In this document: positions 57,401 to 64,000 of the stretch, in pieces
Numbering within the stretch: position 1 is the first letter of the stretch
How the letters are laid out: every line of letters begins with the position of its first letter
From: an uncultured Chryseobacterium sp.
GTDB taxonomy: Bacteria; Bacteroidota; Bacteroidia; Flavobacteriales_D; Sanyastnellaceae
Assembly (NCBI GenBank): GCA_964420985.1
Contig: CAYQUT010000002.1
Location: 47,546 to 111,545, forward strand
DNA length: 64,000 bases
Direction of reading: 5' to 3'
Position numbers and translations under genes: made by a program
Notes under the pieces: model-generated
Told to the model about the DNA's origin: nothing
The model's input: the letters and a program-made list of their open reading frames with translations, nothing else
The model's database searches: none

Positions 57401-60136
57401 ATGAAAAAGATATATTCTTTGATTGCAGCGTTGCTAACATTGACAACGCTTACTACTTGGTCACAACATGTGCATGATTTCAAATGTGGACATGCCCATC
57501 AACATGCCAAGTTGTTGCAGGAAAACCCTCAAATTGCCCAATGGCAGGCTCTTTCGGACCTTTACATTGCAGAGTTTTTGAGGAATAATCCAGGATTGGA
57601 TCGAAACGATTCAACTCAGATTTACACTATTCCTGTTGTGTTTCACATCATTCACAATTTTGGTCCTGAGAACATTCCAAACGAGAATGTTTACAATCAG
57701 GTAGCCATTTTAAACCGTGATTATCAAAAGTTGAATGCGGACACAAGTGTTGTTGTCAATGCTTTCCGTTCAAAGATTGCCAATTGTGGATTTCAGTTTA
57801 AGCTAGCCACCATTGACCCTATGGGCAACTGTACCAACGGTATTGATCGCATCGTTTCTCCTTTGACCAATATCGGTTCCGATATTGCCAAGTTGAATCC
57901 ATGGCCAAGACATAAGTATCTGAACGTTTGGGTTGTCAACAACATGGAAGATGGAGTAGCGGGTTATGCTTTCTACCCTTCCGCTGTAGCAGACCCTTTC
58001 TCAGCATGGAGAGATGGAATTATTATTCGTTACAACTACATTGGGGCTTTGTCCCCTTCAAGTCCCGGCACAAGCCGTGCATTGACGCATGAAATTGGTC
58101 ACTGGTTAGATTTGTCTCACACATGGGGCAATACCAATGATCCAGAAGTTGAGTGCGGTGATGATAATGTTGAGGATACACCTCCAACAGCGGGTCATGA
58201 CAACTGTGGTAATGTAGTGGATTACGAATGTGATACGGAGACATTGCCTTTGACCAATGAAACCAATCAATCTGTTTATGTTTTCACTGGTTTCACTGCA
58301 GCGCAAGGCACTGCTGATTCTGTAGCTGTACCAGCGATGGAAGACGGTGGAATTGTCTTTTCGAATTTCACGGCCAACGGAGTTGCTGAGGCTACTTCAG
58401 AAAATGATAAGTTTTCTTTTGCAGGTTGGGATTTGGGAGCCAATAATGGTTTAACCAGTTATCCCAATTTAACGGGAGTGATTAATACAGGGAAATACTA
58501 CGAGTTTACAGTAAGTGATGATATCACGCAGTTGATGAACATGACAGCCTTGACTTTTGATGTGTCGAGAAGCGTTGATGGTCCAAGAACTTTCTCAGTG
58601 CGTTCAAGTGTAGATAATTTTACCTCGAACATAACTGGTTCAATTAATCCAGCCAATCCCGGTTTAAGTGTTCAAGGAAGCAATATTTTCTTCATAACTG
58701 GAGATAATGCAACCCAGCAAACGGGTTCAAGAATAACATTGGGTGGAAACAATTTTGCTTTGAATGATGGTTCAATCACCTTCAGAATCTATGCATGGAA
58801 TGCTGAAAGTTCAAATGGAAATTTTGCAGTGGACAACGTGGCATTGATAGGATCCTACGGAACCATCGAGAATGTTCAAAATTATATGGAGTATTCTTAC
58901 TGCTCTAGTATGTTCACACATGGTCAAAAAGAGCGTATGATTGGCGCTTTGAATGTGCCCATCGCCAGTCGCAATAATTTATGGAGTGCAGAAAATTTAG
59001 CAGCTACAGGTACGGATGGAATCAATGATTTGTCTTGTGCGCCAACTGCAGACTTTTACCCTGAATTTAATATTGCTTGCGAGGGCAGTAATGTTCAGTT
59101 CTTTGATTATTCCTCCGATGCTGACGCAACTACTTGGTCTTGGACTTTCCAAGATGCTACACCAGCAACAAGCACCGCTCAAAACCCAACTGTTGTTTTC
59201 AACGAGTTTGGTTGGAAGACCGTTACCCTTACTGCTGGTAATGCCAATGGAACGACAACCACTACCAATACCATGGCCATCTATGTTACACCAACTTCAT
59301 GGTGGGAAATCCCCGGTGTTTTGCAAGAGAATTGCACGTCAAATCCATTCTCCTATTTTGGTTGGAAGTCATATAACATAGCAGGCAACAACACTGATTT
59401 CGCTCATATCGCGAGTGTTGGTTTTGGTTCAGCAAACGGAGCCATTATTTTGGACAATGCCAATGCAGAGGCTTCACCAAACGGAATGATTGGATTTGAT
59501 TCAGACGAATTGGTTTCACCTGCAATGGATTTAAATGTTTTGTCTGGAGGTAAATTGACATTCCGTTACGCCTATTCAACGGGAGCTTTGACAGAAGCCG
59601 ATATTACAGAATCTTTGGAGGTTTGGTCAAGTCGTGATTGTGGCGAGACTTGGCAGTTGCGTACAACCATTGATGGAACTGATTTGGTAACAGCTGGTGC
59701 TGGCGCGTCTTATTTTGTTCCCAATACTTCAACGCATTGGGGATACAAAGAGGTGACCATCCCTTCAACTTATGAAACTGAAAATGTACGATTCAAATTT
59801 GTATTTAATTCTTCTATGTTCAGCAATAACTTGTACTTGGATGATATCAACATCACCGGTACTGTTGGTTTGGATGAGTTTGGAAAGCGCCGTCAGTTCA
59901 GCGTATATCCCAATCCTACAAGCGATGTATTGAATGTTGAGTTGCCAACTGATGGAGGTGTTTACACATCATTGAATGTGTTGGATTTATCTGGCCGTGT
60001 GGTTTATACACAAAACATCACGGCTCAATCGAAATTACAGATTTCTACATCCGTTTTGGCTGCAGGAATGTATGTGATTGAGCTCAATGGTACCACAGGT
60101 AAAGTGTCTCAACAATTCATGAAGGGTATTGAATAA
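57401..60136 (+). CDS. secreted zinc metalloprotease, M43 (pappalysin/cytophagalysin-like), with a PKD domain and a T9SS C-terminal sorting domain
   Basis: Signal peptide MKKIYSLIAALLTLTTLTTWSQ. Metzincin motif HEIGHWLDLSHTWG. PKD-like APTADFYPEFNIACEGSNVQFFDYS...WSWTF...GWKTVTLTAGN. C-terminal FSVYPNPTSDVLNVEL...GMYVIEL (TIGR04183-type). Confidence 0.88.
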   Translation: MKKIYSLIAALLTLTTLTTWSQHVHDFKCGHAHQHAKLLQENPQIAQWQALSDLYIAEFLRNNPGLDRNDSTQIYTIPVVFHIIHNFGPENIPNENVYNQVAILNRDYQKLNADTSVVVNAFRSKIANCGFQFKLATIDPMGNCTNGIDRIVSPLTNIGSDIAKLNPWPRHKYLNVWVVNNMEDGVAGYAFYPSAVADPFSAWRDGIIIRYNYIGALSPSSPGTSRALTHEIGHWLDLSHTWGNTNDPEVECGDDNVEDTPPTAGHDNCGNVVDYECDTETLPLTNETNQSVYVFTGFTAAQGTADSVAVPAMEDGGIVFSNFTANGVAEATSENDKFSFAGWDLGANNGLTSYPNLTGVINTGKYYEFTVSDDITQLMNMTALTFDVSRSVDGPRTFSVRSSVDNFTSNITGSINPANPGLSVQGSNIFFITGDNATQQTGSRITLGGNNFALNDGSITFRIYAWNAESSNGNFAVDNVALIGSYGTIENVQNYMEYSYCSSMFTHGQKERMIGALNVPIASRNNLWSAENLAATGTDGINDLSCAPTADFYPEFNIACEGSNVQFFDYSSDADATTWSWTFQDATPATSTAQNPTVVFNEFGWKTVTLTAGNANGTTTTTNTMAIYVTPTSWWEIPGVLQENCTSNPFSYFGWKSYNIAGNNTDFAHIASVGFGSANGAIILDNANAEASPNGMIGFDSDELVSPAMDLNVLSGGKLTFRYAYSTGALTEADITESLEVWSSRDCGETWQLRTTIDGTDLVTAGAGASYFVPNTSTHWGYKEVTIPSTYETENVRFKFVFNSSMFSNNLYLDDINITGTVGLDEFGKRRQFSVYPNPTSDVLNVELPTDGGVYTSLNVLDLSGRVVYTQNITAQSKLQISTSVLAAGMYVIELNGTTGKVSQQFMKGIE

Positions 60137-60153
60137 TGAAACGATAGATATTG

Positions 60154-60182
60154 AAAAAGGCCGTCACTGACGGCCTTTTTTA
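60154..60182. terminator. bidirectional rho-independent terminator
   Basis: aaaaa-ggccgtc-act-gacggcc-tttttt between the convergent protease gene (+) and hemL (-). Confidence 0.8.
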
Positions 60183-60201
60183 TTGAGAAAAACAATATTA
60201 T

Positions 60202-61497
60202 TTATTGGAAGACAGAGTGAAGAGCCACTTTAAAGGCCTCAATTGTTTTGGACAAATCATCCATCGTGTGAGATGCGGAGATGAACCCAACTTCATAGCC
60301 ACTAGGGCCAAGATATACGCCTTGCTCTAATAGCGCTGCATGAAGTGGCGCAAAGCGTTTCACTTCTTCAGCGTTGATTTCCTTCATTGATCTTACGGCG
60401 TCTGCAAAACCAAAAGACAACCAAAAGATGGATCCTACAGAGAATATTTTGAAAGCATAGTTATGCTCAATCGCAAAGGCATTGATTGCATTGACCATGT
60501 AATCTGTTTTCTCTTTGAGATCATGATAAAAATTGGGAGCTAAACAGGCCTTTAATTGAGCGATTCCAGCAGCCATGGCTACAGGGTTACCACTTAAGGT
60601 TCCTGCTTGATAGACAGGACCATCAGGTGCTACCTTTGACATGATTTCTGCCGATGAAGCGTAAGCACCTACCGGCATTCCACCGCCTATGATTTTACCG
60701 AAAGCCATGACATCGGGTTGAATCCCATAATATCCAGCAGCTCCCTCAAATCCAACTCTAAATCCAGATATGACTTCATCAAAAAGAAGCACGATGCCTT
60801 CTCTGGTGCAAATGGTCCTCAAATCCCGAAGAAACTGAACATTTTGAATCAAGAGTCCATTATTGGCTGGAATGGGTTCAATGGCAATTACAGCAATTTG
60901 ATTTTTATAAGTTTCAATTGCATTTTCAACGGATTGAATGTCATTTAATGGAAGGACAATAGTTTCCTTAGCGTACGACTCAGGAATACCCGCTGAATCA
61001 GAAGTACCTAAAGTGGCCAGTCCGCTTCCCGCTTTTACCAATAGACTATCGACGTGGCCGTGATAGCATCCTTCGAACTTGATGATTTTATCTCTTCCAG
61101 TGTATCCTCTTGCAAGACGAATGGCGCTCATTGCCGCTTCTGTTCCGCTACTTACAAATCGGATTTTTTCGATGTACCTGTGGTTGGAAAGGATCAATGT
61201 GGCCAGCTCATTTTCAAGTAATGTAGGCGCGCCAAAACTGCTTCCTTTTGCCACGGCATTGCCAATGGCTTCCACAACTTGATCTTGTGCATGTCCTAGA
61301 ATGAGCGGCCCCCATGAACAGCAATAATCAATGTATTCATTGCCATCAATGTCCCATACGTGCGAACCTTTACCTCTATCAAAAAAAATGGGATTTCCTC
61401 CTACGGATTTGAATGCCCTAACAGGTGAATTGACTCCACCAGGAAACAAGGCTTTTGCTACTTCAAAAGCCTCATTGGATTTATTTCTAAGCCTCAT
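60202..61497 (-). CDS. hemL: glutamate-1-semialdehyde 2,1-aminomutase
   Basis: 431 aa. GGVNSPVRAF, class III aminotransferase fold, PLP-Lys region FGKIIGGGMP. Confidence 0.95.
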   Translation of the reverse strand: MRLRNKSNEAFEVAKALFPGGVNSPVRAFKSVGGNPIFFDRGKGSHVWDIDGNEYIDYCCSWGPLILGHAQDQVVEAIGNAVAKGSSFGAPTLLENELATLILSNHRYIEKIRFVSSGTEAAMSAIRLARGYTGRDKIIKFEGCYHGHVDSLLVKAGSGLATLGTSDSAGIPESYAKETIVLPLNDIQSVENAIETYKNQIAVIAIEPIPANNGLLIQNVQFLRDLRTICTREGIVLLFDEVISGFRVGFEGAAGYYGIQPDVMAFGKIIGGGMPVGAYASSAEIMSKVAPDGPVYQAGTLSGNPVAMAAGIAQLKACLAPNFYHDLKEKTDYMVNAINAFAIEHNYAFKIFSVGSIFWLSFGFADAVRSMKEINAEEVKRFAPLHAALLEQGVYLGPSGYEVGFISASHTMDDLSKTIEAFKVALHSVFQ

Positions 61498-61748
61498 GCT
61501 ATTTCTTCAATAACAAAGCGGTATTGCTCCATTATTGCATTGCAGAGCAATTTTTGACAAGCTTGATCAATCATTTCAGCAGCGGCATCTTTTGAATCCG
61601 CCTCAATCCATACGGTCATGTGTTTGCCAATACGGACATTGCTGATTTGGTTTAACCCCAGATTACCCATGGCTGATGTAACAGCTTTTCCTTGAGGGTC
61701 CAATAATGCGTCCAACGGCATTACATCAATTTCTGCTTTAAATTTCAT
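61494..61748 (-). CDS. purS: phosphoribosylformylglycinamidine synthase subunit PurS
   Basis: 84 aa. MKFKAEIDVMPLDALLDPQGKAV...L is the PurS pattern. 4-nt overlaps on both sides. Confidence 0.85.
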   Translation of the reverse strand: MKFKAEIDVMPLDALLDPQGKAVTSAMGNLGLNQISNVRIGKHMTVWIEADSKDAAAEMIDQACQKLLCNAIMEQYRFVIEEIA

Positions 61749-62422
61749 GATGATAATTTTTTAAAATGAAACATCGACAAAATAATGTACTCTGTTGCGA
61801 TGATCATTGTGGTGGCAAAAATAGACAATTCCAATCCTTGACAAATGAGTAAAGTCAATGCAGCCATTAAAATTAATATCCATCGGATTTCTTGACCTTT
61901 CCACACGAGACCTTTGAACTTTAAATTGAGCAATGGTAGCGTGGAGGCCATTAATAATGCAGTGAAAATCACAAAACATAGGAGGGCAACAGGTGAAAAT
62001 CGATATGTTTCCTCCCAGGCATATCCAAACACAGCGACCCAAACCAGTGCATTGGCCGGAACAGGGAGACCTTTGAAGTGTTCAACTTTAGAGGTGTCTA
62101 GATTAAAACGGCCCAATCGGTATGCTGCACCCACAGCGATGAGAAAAGAAAAGTTTTGTAGGGGATGGTGATCGAGCAATTGGTAAGCCCACAATGATGG
62201 AACCACGCCAAATGAAACTACATCTGCTAAAGAGTCTAATTGACCACCTAAAGCGGAGGAAACTCCCAAGGCGCGTGCAGCTAATCCATCAAAGAAATCA
62301 AGAACAGCAGCAGTAATGACCCAAAGGATGGAGAGCATGGCATCTTCTTGAAAAGTCAAGATGGCCATGCATCCACAAACCAGGTTTCCCATGGTTATTG
62401 CATTGGGAATCCAAGACCTCAT
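61745..62422 (-). CDS. pssA: CDP-diacylglycerol--serine O-phosphatidyltransferase (CDP-alcohol phosphatidyltransferase family)
   Basis: Motif DFFDGLAARALGVSSALGGQLDSLADVVSFG, i.e. D(x)2DG(x)2AR(x)8G(x)3D(x)3D. Polytopic, 225 aa. Confidence 0.85.
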   Translation of the reverse strand: MRSWIPNAITMGNLVCGCMAILTFQEDAMLSILWVITAAVLDFFDGLAARALGVSSALGGQLDSLADVVSFGVVPSLWAYQLLDHHPLQNFSFLIAVGAAYRLGRFNLDTSKVEHFKGLPVPANALVWVAVFGYAWEETYRFSPVALLCFVIFTALLMASTLPLLNLKFKGLVWKGQEIRWILILMAALTLLICQGLELSIFATTMIIATEYIILSMFHFKKLSS

Positions 62423-62424
62423 GC

Positions 62425-64000
62425 TTACAAAGTTTGTTTCACTTCAACTTCTTCAAAGGCTTCTATAATATCACCTACTTGAATGTCATTGAATTTATCG
62501 ATGTTCAATCCACATTCATAGCCTTTGGTTACGTCTTTCACATCATCTTTGAATCGTTTCAAAGAACCTAAATTTCCGGTATACACCACAATGCCATCTC
62601 TGATAATTCTGACCTTGTTGTTGCGGTTGATTTTTCCGTCTTGTACAAAACATCCGGCAATTGTACCCACTTTGGTAATCTTGAAAGTCTCGCGAATTTC
62701 AGCCGTTCCCACCACTTTCTCTTCAATCTTGGCGGACAGCATGCCTTCCATGGCTTCTTTGATTTCTTCAATGGCCTTGTAGATGATGCTGTATTGGCGG
62801 ATTTGAATTTCTTCGGCTTCAGCTAACTTGCGGGCACCTGTACTTGGACGCACCTGGAATCCAACAATGATGGCATCTGATGCAGAAGCCAACAATACAT
62901 CGCTTTCGGATATCTGTCCAACACCTTTGTGAACGATACTGACTTGTACTTTATCAGTAGAAAGCTTTTGCAAGCTATCTACTAAGGCTTCAACAGATCC
63001 GTCCACGTCACCTTTCACAATCAAGTTCAATTCTTTGAAGTCACCCAAAGCAATACGACGACCAATTTCTTCGATGGTCAAGTGCTTTTTGGTTCTAACA
63101 CTTTGTTCGCGTTGCAATTGCTGACGCTTGGTAGCAATCTCGCGCGCTTCGCGTTCATCTTCAAAAACAAAGAATTTATCACCTGCATTGGGTGCTCCTT
63201 CAAATCCAAGAATGGAAACAGGAGTAGCTGGACCGGCCTCGTCAATTTTTTGTCCACGTTCGTTGAACATTGCTCTCACACGACCGCTCCATTGTCCGGC
63301 AAGGATAGAGTCTCCAATGCGCATGGTTCCGGACGAAACCAAACAGGTCGTCACAAATCCTCGACCTTTGTCCAATGAGGCTTCGATAATGGTACCATTG
63401 GCACGTTTGTTTGGATTGGCTTTTAAGTCGAGCATTTCGGCTTCTAAGACAACTTTTTCTAAAAGTTTATCGATGTTTAATCCTTTCTTGGCTGCAATCT
63501 CTTGTGATTGGTATTTACCTCCCCATTCTTCAACCAATATATTCATGGCTGAAAGTTGCTCTCTGATTTTATCTGGGTTAGCACCTTCTTTATCTATTTT
63601 GTTGTAGGCAAAAATCATAGGAACGCCGGCTGCCAGAGCGTGAGAGATGGCTTCCTTAGTTTGCGGCATAACGTTGTCGTCTGCCGCAATGACAATAATA
63701 ACCAAGTCAGTAACTTGAGCACCACGTGCACGCATGGCAGTGAAGGCCTCGTGACCTGGCGTATCAATGAAAGTAATTTGCTTTCCTGTCGGTAACTTCA
63801 CGCTGTAAGCTCCCATGTGTTGGGTGATTCCTCCAGCTTCTCCTGCTACTACATTGGCTTTACGAATAAAGTCAAGCAACGATGTTTTACCGTGGTCAAC
63901 GTGACCCATTACAGTGACCACCGGGGGACGTGAAACCAATGCATCTTCCGTATCACTTTCCTCAAACGACGCCTCTGATACTTCTGCACTTACAAATTGT
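62425..64000 (-). CDS. infB: translation initiation factor IF-2; partial, N-terminus lies beyond the window end
   Basis: G domain [25 protein letters not shown] and NKID. The frame stays open upstream of the track's start (..[26 protein letters not shown]) to position 64000. Confidence 0.95.
   Translation of the reverse strand, partial: QFVSAEVSEASFEESDTEDALVSRPPVVTVMGHVDHGKTSLLDFIRKANVVAGEAGGITQHMGAYSVKLPTGKQITFIDTPGHEAFTAMRARGAQVTDLVIIVIAADDNVMPQTKEAISHALAAGVPMIFAYNKIDKEGANPDKIREQLSAMNILVEEWGGKYQSQEIAAKKGLNIDKLLEKVVLEAEMLDLKANPNKRANGTIIEASLDKGRGFVTTCLVSSGTMRIGDSILAGQWSGRVRAMFNERGQKIDEAGPATPVSILGFEGAPNAGDKFFVFEDEREAREIATKRQQLQREQSVRTKKHLTIEEIGRRIALGDFKELNLIVKGDVDGSVEALVDSLQKLSTDKVQVSIVHKGVGQISESDVLLASASDAIIVGFQVRPSTGARKLAEAEEIQIRQYSIIYKAIEEIKEAMEGMLSAKIEEKVVGTAEIRETFKITKVGTIAGCFVQDGKINRNNKVRIIRDGIVVYTGNLGSLKRFKDDVKDVTKGYECGLNIDKFNDIQVGDIIEAFEEVEVKQTL

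Overview
This window reads as dense core genome of a Bacteroidota (Flavobacteriia-like) chromosome, with about 58 CDS. I saw no rRNA, tRNA, CRISPR, transposase or integrase. The lineage call rests on five things: an alternative complex III operon (actABCDEF) directly followed by aa3-type oxidase subunits II and I; a secreted M43 metalloprotease with a T9SS C-terminal sorting domain; a uppS-bamA-skp-skp-murI block; a bacilliredoxin; and recurring TAnnTTTG '-7' promoter boxes. Housekeeping content includes pyrG, recR, aspS, gatC, ruvB, queG, birA, rsfS, ftsH, cdsA, psd, pdxJ, nadK, valS, hemL, purS, pssA and infB (partial). Both window edges cut genes: a fused E1 alpha/beta dehydrogenase at the 5' end and infB at the 3' end. 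The ORF track misses or truncates these. The one clearly accessory and unexplained element is the 1.08-kb spacer between a ZIP transporter gene and aspS. There, a 117-aa four-helix-bundle gene (23S-rRNA-intervening-sequence / Avd family) is bracketed by two inverted arrays of 22 and 41 units of a strictly phased 8-bp tandem repeat (GTRRATCR). No rRNA gene or reverse transcriptase is nearby. Secondary observations: an ActA with an extra N-terminal monoheme domain; a DEAD-box helicase and desaturase putative cold module; an orphan divergent paaA/paaE pair; near-leaderless promoter geometry at three genes; and a strong hairpin after paaA. Several ORF-track starts (TTG/GTG extensions) were trimmed to more plausible ATG starts.
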